A DNA stretch of 64,000 nt from Isurus oxyrinchus (GCA_026770705.1 JANJGN010000140.1:806001-870000), one strand, 5' to 3'; counted from the first letter of the stretch, positions 1-14,234 are shown. Program-made: numbers and translations. Notes: a model not told the origin generated them from the letters alone.

Positions 1-470
1 ACAGGAAAGGCAAGGAAGGTCAGAGCGAAAGAAACGAACGGAACTATGGGGGAGGCGGCCGCGAGCACTGTTGTCAGTCGTAAAATCTAACGATAATAAG
101 CTGAATTCAAAACTAACGCGCTCAACAGAAATTATATAATTCTGCCGGTCTGCGTTACGTTCATAGACATTTCAAATCTGGGGAAAACAGTCTGGCGACA
201 GGTATTAGAGGATTGCTGTATTATTCTGTAATTACAGAAACTTTCATAGTTGAAATCAGTTAAAACAAGGGGCTGAATCTGTCAGAACAACTGGGCACCC
301 CATCCCAATGTATTGGAGCTGGGCTGTTGATTAACACTGAAATAAACTTCCCAATTATGGGTCTCTGAGGAAACGTCACACTAATGGGCATAAATACGAG
401 ATCAAACGCAATTTTTCCTCAAGTATTTTTAAGAAAGTATTTGTCAGGAGGCGGGAATCCACGGCCTGAT

Positions 471-487
471 GCGCCACCTGGTGGCCG
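471..487 (-). promoter_or_regulatory. Candidate CTCF site
   Basis: Minus strand reads CGGCCACCAGGTGGCGC, a close match to the vertebrate CTCF core. Confidence 0.6.
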
Positions 488-909
488 GATTTAATGAAGC
501 TTATTTTCGCTGATCTCACAAAACACTTTATTGGTACGAGGTGCCCCGAGGCCTTTCTCACTGATGGTCTCAGCACACAGTAATACACGGGGTTGTCAGC
601 GACCTGAAGCACAAACAAGGTGAAAGCAGCTATATAATTGGGTGTTTTTCGAATGACTGAAAAGCGACTTTTAATGTTCTTTCCACAAGAATGTGCCCGA
701 ATTACGAAAGCTGGAGCCGGGTTCTAGTTTTGACGATGAAGCTGCAAAACATAATTCACATCGGAAGTTGAAAATATGCAAATTATGCTCATCGAGATTC
801 CTTCCAGTTAATGGGCTTCGATTGACCACTGTCCGACTGAACCACCGGAACTCACTACTGCAGAAATTATTTCATGGTTAACCATGGAAACACCATGAAC
901 AACAGACAA

Positions 910-1212
910 CGAATGGATGAATTAATATATAGATGGAGGTATGGATAGAAAGATAGTTAGATAGATAAATAAGGGCAGATGGGTGGATGGATAGCTGGAT
1001 AGATGGATAGATAGACGGATGGAGGGATGGAGGGATGGACAGATCGGGGGTTGAAGAGATGGATGGATGGATGGACGGATGTAAAAACAGAAAATGCTGG
1101 AAAAGCTTAGCAGGTCTGACAGCATATGTGGAGAGAGAGACAATATTAACGGTTTAGTGTCCGTATGACTCTTCATCAGATGGATGGATGGGTCGGTGGA
1201 GTGTGGGTGGAT
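910..1212. repeat. (GGAT/AGAT)n microsatellite interrupted by a Penelope-terminus fragment (1083-1179, minus)
   Basis: Tetranucleotide runs flank AAAACAGAAAATGCTGGAAAA...TGACTCTTCATCAG. Confidence 0.8.
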
Positions 1213-2482
1213 GTGCCTGAAAAATGCTGTTCCACATTTTCATCTTTACGATTGACTGCTCCATAACTTGCAGCAGGTCCTTTATTCAATTTGTGTCTGT
1301 CTGGTGTTTTCAGTCCTTCCCGATTTTCTGGATCATTCCAATTCCTTGGCTGTTGACAACTGACGAGCTGAACGTCACCAAGTGCAACCTGAAGATATCC
1401 CTGCGGCACTGATGATCCTTTTCTGGTGATGCTGAATCTTCATCTCAAAGTTAGAAAGCGGTTTCATGACTGTGATGAGAAACGGGGATTATAATACGTG
1501 GAACCTGCGGCCTTTTCACGTACAACAAAACACTCAGGATATCCTCAACCAACTGACTTCAATCACAGCAGAAACATAGCAGATAGTTGAATACATACAT
1601 TTTTCACATTTCCATGGTAATTTCTTGCTGCTCCGGTGCAGTCACACCATTCTGAACATCACGGAAAAAACGTGCATGAACTGTGAGTTTCTTTACGGCA
1701 AAATATTGATTGAAAACCGATTGTCACAATGAAATATATCCGATGGATATTACGGATTGTTGTCGCAAATTCAAAAGCCCTTAACCCCTTTAACCACACT
1801 CCCGAGATGCTTTCCATTCAGTACAATCGTGCAGAAAATCAATTCTTCATGAGTTGGATGGGTGAGGTCACTACTCCAATGAGATGTGCTCAGGATCGCC
1901 GCAATGGCGATTCTGGTTAGATCGGGCATGGTGCGTGAACTGGACAGAACTGAGTCGGTGAAGTGGCTGAAGTGATATGAATCACAGTTTGAACATGAAT
2001 ATAGGGTCAGTGCTCTATGGGACGATATGAGTCCAAGCTCATGGTTTTCATACGGTTGCAGTTGCATTGTGAGACGTTTTAGGATCGGAGAGAAGTGGTG
2101 TTGTGATATGAAGCCTCCAACGAGGAATCAATGCGGGAATATTCAGTAATTACCTTTCCACACTAATTTCTGCTCTGAATTTATACCTTGAAACCCTTTG
2201 CAAATGTTCAAAACTACAGCAAAATGAAGTATTAATATTGTTATTAATATGGTCGTTAATATCATATTGGGGAAATGTTTTTTAGGTAAACAGCACAGAG
2301 GTCCTTAATACACAATTGATCCTCCCTCATTGCAGAAGAGGATCTCTACCTTTAACGAGGATAACTACCTGCTCTGTGCACATTGCCATTCGTGTTCAAT
2401 ATCCCACTATCAGGAGTAACTGTCGCTGTGCTAACTAACAGAAACAGAGACAGACAAATGGAGAGATAGTTCCAGATCCATG

Positions 2483-3605
2483 TGTTATGGCGTAGCAGAT
2501 GATATGTGGCCAGGTGGACCAAATCCACAGGGAAAATGTGGTCACGCCATCACAAAGGTTTTCAATTTGTAATTATTTTGAGAAGATGAGTGAACTGCCT
2601 TCACAGGTGACGACTCCACTAAGACATTTAGAGATTTTCAAAATTAAATTAAAATATATATTGACAAAATAAAAGATTTCAAAAACATACATAATTCTGT
2701 AGCAAATCCTAAAATTCTGAATTAACCTGACTCTCAGTTACACACCCCCTTTAAGGCAGCAGTCCAAAATCATAGAATCACGGAATCTCAGAATCACACA
2801 GTGCAGAAGAGGGCCTTCAGCTCATCGAGTCTGCACCGACACATGAGAAACACCTGACCTACCTACCTAATCCCATTTACCAGCACCTGGCCTTTAGCTT
2901 TGAATGTTATGACGTGGCAAGTGCTCATCCAGGTACTTTTTAAAGGCTGTGAGGCAACCCGCCTCCACCACCCTCCCAGGTAGTGTGATTTTAGATTTCA
3001 AAGAAAACCAGCAAGTTAACCCAGTACTCACTTGGCAGTGGAATTGCAAATGGTTTGCTCCAACTTCAGTTACTGGACAGAGCTGGCTTATGCACAAAAG
3101 GCTAGAGGTTTCTTGAAGGCTGTTTCACACACTCCTGTTAGATCTTTCATGGCCCTTGCCTCACATAGCCTTTCATTCTCTTTTATGTAACTTTATCTCT
3201 CTTTATTATGTAAATTCTCGTGTTCCATATGACTTTGGAGCGGTACCTTTCTCATAATAAAGAAAAATTCATGTTCCAATATTATCAGTAACCTTTGGGA
3301 AAAATAAACACACTCCTTAGCCTTGCTTAGCTGTCTATTTGTGAACTTAAAATCCATACATTCCCTTCATTTATGTAAAAAGGCAAACTCCCTTCCTTCC
3401 TTGCATGCTAAGCCAGCACCCATGTTTATTTGTTAGCATTTCAAACACATTTCTACACCTAGCTTCTTTTGATAATTCCAAGCTTGCAGTCTATCTGACT
3501 CCAAATGTATTTAAATCACATAAACAGAATCAAATATACTCACTCCATAAACCTACTTTCCTATAATCCAGATAAATATTATGAAATTATTATATTTTCG
3601 TAACA
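2483..3605. mobile_element. Possible solo LTR with a nested CR1 3' fragment
   Basis: TGTTATG...CGTAACA terminal inverted ends. No clean target-site duplication. Confidence 0.4.
2769..2985 (-). mobile_element. CR1-type LINE 3' end
   Basis: LPGRVVEAGCLTAFKKYLD on minus, (AGAATC)n tail, close relative of 29845-30046. Confidence 0.85.
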
Positions 3606-4188
3606 ATAGGTGTTCCCAGGCTGCCATATTGCAAAACAATTTATATTTCTTGGTATTTTTGCCAATAATCGTGTTTAATAAACATCAGCTGTGCCTCAAT
3701 CCATTAATGGTTTGATCTATTCATCGTCCAAACCTTCAACTTTCCCATACAATCGATGACTTGCAACTGAATGATGTTTCTCGCTGTATCAATAATCCTC
3801 AACCCTTTCACCACACCTAAACGATTGGTGTTTCACAATCTATTAATGGTCACCAATTCTGAAACGATTCAAGGCCCAATGAATATCCTTTTGTTTAGGG
3901 AAATGAGCTAGTTGGTCCATTTGAATTACTGTGAAGTTCTGGCTGACCTACAAACTGGTTGGATCTTAGAGTACAACTCACACAGTGAGGGAGCTGTTCT
4001 GTTGTCAGGTTCAAAATCACACCCACAGTCAGTGCCTGTCCTATCAGTGGAACTCTATGATAGGGTTTGTGGTACCGCTGGGGCCAGGTTCAGTCTGATT
4101 TAACTATGTACTTATGTATAAAGTTGAGCCATTGGATGCCTGGATTTATTTTTTTTATGTCATATTCATTCACAAAGGACTTTGGTTG

Positions 4189-4530
4189 TCAGCAGTGGCT
4201 CAGTTGGCAGCACTTCCCCCTCTGACATTAAACTGGGGGCCGTCTGCCTTCTCAGGTCGATGTGAAAGATTCCATGGTACTATTCCATCTGGAAGTGCAG
4301 GGAGTTATCCCCGGTGCCTTAGCATTTATCAGTCAATAAACATTTTAAAATACGCAAAGGCGCAGATTACCTGCTCATTATCATATTGCGGTTTGTGGGA
4401 GCTTGCTGTGTTCAAACAGGCTGCGGCGTTTCCTACATTACAACTGTCAATACACATCATAAGTGCATTTTTGGTTGTAAAACACTCAGAGACTTTTGGT
4501 GATCGTGAAAAGTGCTATAATATATATATC
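4189..4530 (+). mobile_element. DeuSINE (SacSINE1/AmnSINE-like)
   Basis: tRNA-like head GTGGCTCAGTTGG, Deu-like core (CCGTCTGCCTTCTCAGG...TTTGTGGGAGCTTGCTGTG), 3' GTGAAAAGTGCTAT. Family recalled from memory. Confidence 0.75.
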
Positions 4531-5849
4531 GTTTTTTTCCCTTTTCCTTTTTATGAACTATAGATGCAAAATGAAAAGTGTTGCATTGAGCCAATTATTC
4601 ATAGACTTCTAGAATGAACCCGTGCTCCCAGCTGGGAAGGAGGTCATTCAGCTCCTCAGGATTGTACCAGCATTTAAAAAAACTATCGAATTTACCTCAT
4701 GCAGTCTCACCACCCCTACCACCCATCCAGCAGCCGCCTCCCAGTCTCCCCGCACCCCCCCCCCCCCAACTCCCCACCACCCACTCCACTACCCATGCTG
4801 TTTCCCCATAGCCCAGCAATTTATGCCCATTGGAGATCATGCCTTCGTTGATAATGGATCAGTCTCTGTCCAGTTGTCCCACTTATATTGCTCTGGGGCA
4901 TGGGGCCTTTTATTTTATATAAAGCTGTTTTTTAACTATTATTTCACTAAATCATACCCGAGGGTTTGGAAGACATTGGGGCAGAAATGATGAATGTAAC
5001 AGGGTAAGAAGGAATAATGTGATAACAGGAATAGAGTAAAACTTTCTGGAGAGCAGCAAGTGTTTCATTCCTTTCCAAGCAAGGGAAATAATAAATCTGG
5101 ATTTTAAAACTGAGTAAATTTAGGTCAGATACAGGTAGTGTCACTTGCACAACTTATCACAACCTCAACGTTTACGTCAGGAGCTTCTATTTAATGCTGA
5201 GCGAAGCACGTAACACTGAAACACAGAGACTGGTGGGTATATGCTCACCATCCTTGGAATAATTTAGTCCATTTTCCAACAGAATTCTAGGAACAGAGGT
5301 ATTCCTTGGTGAGGGAATTCTCAATGCCTTCTCAATCAATGTTAACGACATTAAAAGAACAGCAAATACATTTTCAATAAAATAAAATCTTGAACATAAT
5401 AGGTAACAATATTTATTTGTTTTGGTGGACTTCACTTGTCAGTAAATCTGATGCGTGCACTCACACACACACACATTTCAGTTTAAGATCCCATCTTTCC
5501 TACCTCGGAGGCTCTGTAGCACCTGAAGAATCGGAGAAAATCACCGCCACCACATTTCAGGTGGTTCCATGTAGAAAAAATCTCTCCCCACTTCACACTG
5601 GTTCAGTTGGTCATTAAAACTCCCATCATTCCCACAATGTGCGCCTTGGTCCAGATTCTTCGGTTGAAACAAGATCATCAAGAATTAATCAATAGGAATT
5701 GAGACACTTTGCTCTTCTTGTGACCTTAAAGTGCGCAAATCAGCCACGTTAATCTGCCACAGTTGCACCATAAGCATTGGGAGTTCGCTCAGGATGTAAT
5801 GAGCCGATACGTCAGTAGTAGTGGTTTCTTGATACAATAAGCCAGCATG

Positions 5850-7096
5850 GATCTGTTGATGGAAAATCATACTTAACTAACTTGCTTGAGTTTTTTGTTG
5901 ACATAGCAGTGATGGTTGATGAGGGTAATGCTTTTGACGTGGTTTACATGGTTTCCAAAAGACATTTGATAAAATGCCGCACAACAGACCTGTGAGCAAA
6001 ATTGGACCTCACTGGAATAAAATGGACGGTAACATCATGGATTGGGAACTGGCTGAGTGCCAGGAAACAAAGAGTAGTTTTGAACGTTTGTTTTTCGGAC
6101 TCAGGGTAAGGTTATAATGAAGTTCCCCAAGGGTCAGTGTTACAACGCCTACTTTTCATCATATTTATTCATAAACTGGGCCTTGGTGTACAGAGCACAA
6201 TGTCAAAATATCTGGACGATGTGAAATGTGGAAGCATTGCGGGCCATGAGGAGGATAGTGTAGAACTTCAAAAAGACATCGAGAGGTTGGGGGAAAGGGC
6301 GGACAAGTGACAGATGAAATTTTGGTGGGAAGAACGCAGACAGACAGTATAAAGGAAAGGGTGTGATTCCAAAGGGGCTGCAGGAGCCGAGTGACCTGGG
6401 TGTTAGTGTGTGTAAATTATTGAAGGTGGCAGGACAAGTTGAAAGAGCGCGATTAATAAATCATGCAACATCCTGAGCTTTATTAACAGAGGAAAAGCGT
6501 ATACAAGCAAAGAGGTCATGTTAAACGTGTGTGGCACACTGGTTAGGTCTCAACTGGAGAATTGCATCTTATTGCGGGCACTACATTTTTGGAAGAATTT
6601 GAAGGCATGAGAAAGGGCACAGCAAAGGTTCATGGAAATTGTTTCAAGGGTGACGAACTCCGGTTATGTATAAAGAGTGGAGCAGTTGGCTTTAATCTCG
6701 TTTGAGGAGAAAAAGTTTAGAGGAGATTTGATACAGGTATTAAAAATCATGAAGGGCCGGGGCAGAGTAGATAGGGAGAAATTGTTCCCATTGATGGAAG
6801 GATTGAGAACCAGACGGCTCAGGTTTAAAGTAATCTGGAGAAGAAGCAATAGAGACAAGAGGAAAAACATTTCACGCAGTGAGTGGTTAAGATCTGGAAT
6901 GCACTGCCTGACAGTGTGGTGGATTGAGGGACAATTGATGCTTTCAAAACGAAACTGGATCCTTATCTGAAAAGAAAAAAAAGATACTGGACTGCAGGGT
7001 GAGCTGTGGCCCAAGGTCAATTACTCCTTCAGAAGGTTAGCACGGACAGGAGTGGCCGAATGGCATCTTTCTGCGCTGTAAGAATTCTATGATTCT
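5850..7096 (+). mobile_element. Truncated, decayed CR1-type LINE (RT C-terminus + 3' UTR)
   Basis: TNLLEFF, VPQGSVL and RGDLIQVLKIMKG...DREKLFPL motifs with frameshifts, ATTCTATGATTCT tail. Confidence 0.9.
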
Positions 7097-7229
7097 GTCA
7101 TTAATGTCGGAAGCAGCAACGAAAATCGACATTTTCACAACATCTGCAATAGTAGGGTCCGTCCAGTAGATGGCAGGGAAACAGTGAATACTGACATTAT
7201 ATGAAACAAGCACTGTCTCAATCATTTCT

Positions 7230-8860
7230 GCACTGAACCCTTTCCCTGTTCATATTAAACTTGACATTTGACTGTATATATTACACTCAGTGATGTCTCT
7301 GATCATATTACAACAGGTTGTGTCTCAGTTGTTTCTATAATAGGTCAATCTCAGTCAATATACATGACAAAGACCATGTTACACTATACATTCTCTCAGT
7401 TATCACTGCACTAAACCATATCTTGGTTAATATGACAGTAGCCCATGTCTCAGTTGTTACTGCACTGGTACTTGTCTCTACTTATATGAAACCAGAACAT
7501 GTTCCTGTTTACATGACACGAGGCTCTGTCTCAGTTATTGCACTACTAGACTTTGCCATGTTTATACTAAACTAGGGGATGTCTTGGCGAACGCTGCACC
7601 AGTCTATGTCTCTGCTTATATCACACGATGCCCTGTCATTGTTATTATTGTATAATACCGTGCCTCTTTCTTATTGCTGCACTTGCCCACATCTCTGTTT
7701 ATATTAATCCAGGTCCTGTGTTGGTAGTTATTGCACTAGGCGCTGCCTCAGTTTATATTAGACAAGGTCCTATATCAGATGAAACTGCAACAGACCCCGT
7801 GTCAATTTCCTTTCACTAGATCCTGCCCCAGTCATTACTGAACTAGACCATGTTGGTGTTCATATTACACAAGACACTGTCTCAATTATTACTGCACTCG
7901 GCACTGCCTCTCATTTTACTCCACTACATCATGCCTCTGTTTATATTACACTAGATCACCTTTTTGCTCATATTCTGTTAGACCCTATCTCAGTTTATAT
8001 AACACTCGACCCTGTCTCAGTTTATATTACATTAGACCCCATCTCAGATAATATTATACTGGAGCCCGTCTTGGTTTATATTACACCAGAGCACATCTGT
8101 GTTTACATTACAATAGACCCTCTCTCAGTTTATATTACACTAGACCCTGTCTCAGTTAATATTACACTAGACATTTCCTCTGTTTATATTAAAATAGGCC
8201 CTGTCAATGTTATTTCTGTGTAGGCCATGTCTCTGTTTATACTACACAAGGCCAAGTCTGTTATCACTGCACTAGATGCTGGCTCAATAATTGCTGATAC
8301 TAGGCCCAGCCTTCGTTTGTATTACCGTGGATGCTGTATCAATAATTGGTGCACTCAGCCTTGTCTCAGCATTACTGCACCAGACCCTGACTTTGTTTAT
8401 ATTGAAATAGAGTATGTCCATGATAATATTACACCAGTTCCTGCCTCAATTATTTCAGTGCTCAGCCTCGCCTCAACTGCTCCTGAATTCGGCTGTGGCT
8501 CTGGTTGTATTGCATGCGGAAAAGTCTCAGTTATTACTTCTGTGGGCCCAGCGTCTGTATATACAACGCTAAACCCTGTCTTAGTAGTTGCTGCATTAAT
8601 CCAGACATCTCTTTTTATTACACTTTCCCTGTCCCTGTTTTTATTCCGCTAGATCATGTTTTTGTTTATCTTATACTATAGGCAATCTGAGTTATTATAG
8701 CACCAGACCCTGTCTAGGGTGTTATTAATCCATGTGCCGAATCAATCATTACTGTTCTAGCCCCGAGAGAGGATTAATATCAATTGACCCACTGTTAGTG
8801 CGCTAACCCTGCCTCGGTTATTTCTACGCTTGGCCATGTCTCTGTGATTCCTGCAACTGT
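7230..8860 (-). repeat. 27-bp-family satellite, reverse orientation
   Basis: Units like TATATTACACTAGACCCTGTCTCAGTT, the reverse complement of the main array subunit. Confidence 0.85.
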
Positions 8861-10009
8861 GAGTTGGAGAGATAATATTATACACAAAGATGTTGAGGTG
8901 GGAATTGTTCCCTGGTGTTAGCCTAAAACGGGCGGTATTGGATGGCCCGTTCTTTGCAGCACCTGATAGTTATTTTCATTTAGTTTTATTCAAAGAAATG
9001 ATGGATCAGATATGGTCAGTTATGTGTGCCGTATAGAAAAAAATCATACTTCTTGCTTATACCGCCGTTTCTCAAAGATAAATGATGATCTTTACCCAAA
9101 TGTTTCAATATTTAATTTTCTTTTACTCAAACTGTCACTGCAGATTATTTAGTGCTGTAAATATTTATTGATAGCATGTTTCGTTGTTTACTTTACTAAG
9201 ACGAGCATGTTTATCACCAAACTCATTGAATGTCCTTTGTTTCTCTGTCCGAGGCAGCGTCTAACTCACTGAACCTCTTCTCTCTCTCTCTCTCTCGCTC
9301 AACTTTTCTTTCTCTCTCTCTCACGCTCTCTCTCCACCCACCATCTAACTCCCGCCCCCCACACCCCTGCTCTCTCTCTCTCTCTCTCTCTGAGACAGTC
9401 CCTTATTCATTTTGAATCTCCTGACATCTAATAAAACTCTTTGGAGAATTTTTTCTCACAATTTCTCTTCATTTCTCCCAGTGACAACTTTCAGTCGACT
9501 CCTGTCTTCAGTGATTGTGTTCAAATCCAAAACTATGCATTTAGTTAAAATGTAGATTGTTTAATACTGTAAGTATTTAGTGATAACCAGTCTGCTGTGT
9601 GCATTTGTTTATAAAGTGATCTCAGACTAACAATTTCATTTCTAAAGTGCTTTATCTGTCTCCGCTGATCAGTTGGAAAACGGAGTAAATCACATCCAGA
9701 AGAACCAGCAGTTTATTAACAAATGATCACCTCAATATCTCTCAGAAGCTCCTGATAATCTCGAATGTGTGATGATTTGTGCAAGTGATGGCAAAAATCA
9801 AACTTTACCTACACCTGACATGAGACTAATACACCTGTAATTCTCCAGTTTATTTTTCCTGTTGATGGGAAGGAGTGAAACTCCAGCTGCTCTCCAGAGA
9901 CTCTCAGAATTTCTGTTTCCACTTTTTTAACTGCTTTCTTCACAAATTCCACCACAACCACTCGAATCATGTTTGGACAGATTAGTTTAACTGCAGGTTG
10001 CATATTCAA

Positions 10010-11110
10010 TGTAATCTTAAAGAAAATAAACCAGGGCCTAGTCGAGTATAAAAAGAGACCAAACTTGATGTAACATAAGCAGAGATATGGGTTACTGCAT
10101 TAATAACAAAGGCAGTATCTGGTTTAACATAAAAGAAGATATCGACTAATGAATTAATAACAGAGACAAGACCTGGTGTTATATAACCAAGGATATGGGC
10201 TCGTGCAGTAATATCAGACACCGGACCTGGTGTAACATAAGCAGAGATATGGACTACTGCATTAATAACAGAGACAGTATCTGGTTTAATATAAAAGGAG
10301 ATATCAGTTAATGAAGTAATAAAAGAGACAAAGCCTGGTGTTGTATAACCAGGGATATGGGCCCGTGCAGTAATATCAGAGACAGGACCTGGTGTAATAT
10401 AAACATAGGTATCGGCTAGTGTAAGTAATAACAGGCACAATACCTAGTGTAGTACAGGCAGAGGCATGTGCTAGTGTGGTGATAACACAAATTGACCCAA
10501 GGAGTCAAATAAACAGAGAAATTGGCTAGTTCAGGAATAAGAGAGAGGGAGGACTTGGTATAACACCGAATGAACCAATATTTGTGTGATCATAATAATA
10601 AAAATACTTTGTATAAAATAACAACTGAAAGAGGTCATGGCGAAACACTAGCAGAAACAGGGTCAACGTTAACAATATCAGAATCAGGTTACTATTGAAA
10701 ACTGATTTCAGAAATAATGAGAGAGGTTTGCATTAGAATTGAATGACATGTAGGCTCTTCGGGCAACCATTACAGAGACAGCGTTTTATACAATGAGATT
10801 GGATATAGAGAACAGATTAAAAGCGGTAAAGCTGTGTAATTAGTGCAATGTTTGATGATAACAGAGGATAGCAGTGAATCACTGAATACCTCACAGGATC
10901 CAGTGTGATAATGATACAGTCAGCACCTGATCCACCCAAATCGAAGTTGGGCCTGATATAATAGTTTGTATGAGACAGCGCCAGTTGATACAATAGCAAA
11001 TCTTTTGCCTAATGCCTAATAACAGAGTCAAGCACGACTGAAATATGAATGGGATGGAGTTGGTGCAATAACACTGAGACAGTCTAGTGTAATAGCAAAT
11101 GCAACATAAC
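10010..11110 (+). repeat. 27/54-bp-family satellite, degenerate
   Basis: AGTAATAACAGAGACAGGACCTGGTGTAATATAA-type units. Confidence 0.75.
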
Positions 11111-14100
11111 ATTCTGGAATCACTCTGCAGGTCAGACAGAATCTGTGGCGATAAACAGATTGAACGTTTCATGGCGATGACCCTTCAGCAGAACCGGAGT
11201 CATCGATTAGAAACTTTAACTCCACTTCTCTCCACAGCCACTGCACTCCCGAGTGGTACAGTTGGCGGTCCTCCTGCTTTTGAGCTGTGAGATCTATGTA
11301 CAGATTCCACGCCCAGCTCCGTTGACCACGGGAAAAGTGTTGGTGTGACAGACCGCCGGTTTGCAATCAGCCTCCAAAATCCTCCCGCCTCTCCACCCTT
11401 TCCCCAAGGCTGCAAAGTATATGACGATCTGGAACACAAACAGGCTCGACACCTGTTGTCTGACCTGTTGAGGATTTCCAGCACATTCGGTTTTTATATT
11501 AGATTTCTAGCATCTACCATATGTCGCCGTTGTACTAATGCAATGGGAACTGACATTATGTCAGAATTGACGAATTAGCATCACTTTTACCCATGGGTCA
11601 AACGGTTGTGGGTTGAAGCCTCAATCCAGAGAGTTGACCACTTAATAACGGCCAGTGCTCACAGTGATAGTTTATATGTCAGCCTTTCAGTTCTTTTATC
11701 CATTATTTCCTTACACTCAGGAGGAGGAATTAAAGACAGAGAAACTCTGGACAGTTTCTCTATCCAGCAAAGGACGGGTTCCTGGGACATTGTTGCTGCT
11801 TTGACCTTCGCGCCCTCTCCAAAAAACAGACAAACAATCTCTGACTCCTTGCATTTGCAAAGGGAGTTCTGACTGCCGGGTCCGGGCCAGGACTGAGTCC
11901 TGGTCCAATAATAATCACAGAGGCCGGCTCCAGTGTGTCAATAACAAAGGCTGCTGGTAATCTACCATAAAGAGAGGCAGGGGATCTCATAAACATCTGA
12001 CTGTATTAGGGTGTGAAAGTGTAAGGAAGCAATGATGTTTAGGGCCTTAGCGAAGGCTTCTGTGTTATGGTGAGTGACCCAGGGATTTGTGCGGTAAAAA
12101 CGGAGCGGAAACATCATTACAGAGGCCCGGATGACTGACTCCACCTGACTAAGAGATGTTCTACCCAAGGGGAGGACCATCAAGGCGGACTCCAGAGATT
12201 TCTGATATCTGAAGGATCAATGCTGCATCTGTCAGAGGAACAGAAAATAATCTGTTCCCTCTCATTCTTACCAACATTTCTCCATTTAAACAGACACGCA
12301 AGGGCCAAACACGCCAATGTTTAAATCTTCAGCGTGAGGCACATGATGACTGAAAGGATTAAACACCAAAACCTCACCAGAGGAAGAATCAGAGCCTAAA
12401 ATGTTAAAGATAATCGTGCTTTCTACTAAACAAGCACTACTCAGTGTTATTATATTGTTCAAAGAAGTGGTTTGTAAATAGTAGTGAACTTCTGAATGAT
12501 TCTTGGCAATTATCGACTCACACGCACTCAAGCGCTGTCAAAAGACAGGGTTAGCAGAAGACGAAAGCTGTAAAATTACTGCATTTTATTTGGGCTCAAT
12601 GAGGGACCGAGGTAGATACAGGAAAGGTGCTGGGACAGTGATATAGATGAGCATTTCAATTGGCCCCATTCCCTGTAATCCTTCAATTGTTAACGCCTTT
12701 AATTATTTATAGAATTCATTTTACAAAGTTATTATTAGTCTGGTGCCATCAACCTTCCAAGCTGTGCATTCCAGTTCAGAACAACTCGCCGTGTTAAAAA
12801 AATAAACAATTATCCTCCTGTCTTCCCGTTCAACAAAGTAAATTTGCGTCCCCTGGTTACAGACCCTCCTGCCAATTGAACTAGTCTCTCTTCATTCACA
12901 CCAACAAACCTTTCATGATTTTGAACGCTTCTAATTAATCGACACACAGGGAGGTGGAGAGAGATACACAGAGAAAGAGATAGAAATAAAACTGAGGGAA
13001 GGAAACTTAAAATGAAAAAGGGAGACGGAATGTTGCAGAGAAACAGAGGAAACAAGTTTCGAGGGAAAGTGTATGTGTAGGGAGCGTGTGCGCGTGGCGG
13101 GTGGGGGAGAGGGGGGGTTGGTGGGGTGTGGAGGGGGAGTTAGAGTGGGGGCGGGTAGTGGAGCATAACAACGACAAATGAAAGGTATCAAGATCTCATT
13201 TACCCGCTTCAGGGACTCGAGGGAGCTCAGTGACTGACCATCCAGCTATGTCCTGGAAATGGAAGCTCGAAACGGATCACACGGTCTCATTTGTAAATGT
13301 CACCGCAATGTGATCTGTGTGACTCTGCCCTGACTCTGTGGCCAGAAATAGGCCGCCTTGACAGATGTTCTCACCAGATTGTGGCCCCTGGATTTATTTT
13401 CTGCTCAGAAGTGAGATGTGCGGTTTGGAACCGGCAGCAGAGAAACAGGAAGTTGTGTTACCTGAGAATGAAACAGCAGGCGTCAGTTTCGTGTTATCAC
13501 CGTGGACAGTCTTCCTGCCTGTGAGGTTAAACTCACTCTGACAGCATCAAGAACAACCACACAGATTGCTGCCGATCTCAGCATAACATTCGAATGGAGA
13601 TTTAAAGAATTAAATAAACGAAGTTATTTTGGTTATAACATATTAACTGAAGGCGAGATTGACTGAATGTTATCACTGGGAGAAAAGAGGGGAAATTAAA
13701 ACTATAAAACCGCTCACAGGGGGTTATTCTAAAATGGAAAATTTTAAGAGGGCTTGGTGCTGCCTGAGAGAAAGAGAGGAGAGAAGTTAAGTGAATGAGC
13801 TGGTGTCTTTATGGCACTGAATTTTCCACTGATGAGATTTTGGCGCTTAATTTTTTCAGTGATAATGTGCCTTAAGCAAAAGATTTAAACATTGGTGCCT
13901 CGAAGCTGCCAGATCCAGCCCTTGTGAGTCTGTGTAAGTGAGTGAAGTGAAGTCTGAGAGAGAGAAGAGAGGTTAACTGATTTAGGTATAGTCTGAGACA
14001 GAGGAAGAGAGGGAAGAAGTTCAGTGAGTCATTTTAAAGATGTATTTTCCTTGACAACGGAATAGCCAGCTTGACATTACTTTCCGGAGCACTCAAGACA

Positions 14101-14234
14101 ATGCATTACCGATAAATATTAACGGCAGCATAGGCAGCCTATAGATATATTCTCAATAAACTATCGTAACATGTTGAAAAATAATTATAATGTCTTTTGA
14201 AAGCAATGAAGCATGATATGTTCTAGACGTACCC

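Noticed and set aside
4114-4563. 149-aa ORF
   Set aside because: Overlies a DeuSINE and shows no recognisable protein features.
9800-9870. Apparent minus-strand mini-exon with good splice signals
   Set aside because: Translates as ENYRCISLMSGVGK, a decayed CR1 RT motif (NYRPVSLTS..GK).
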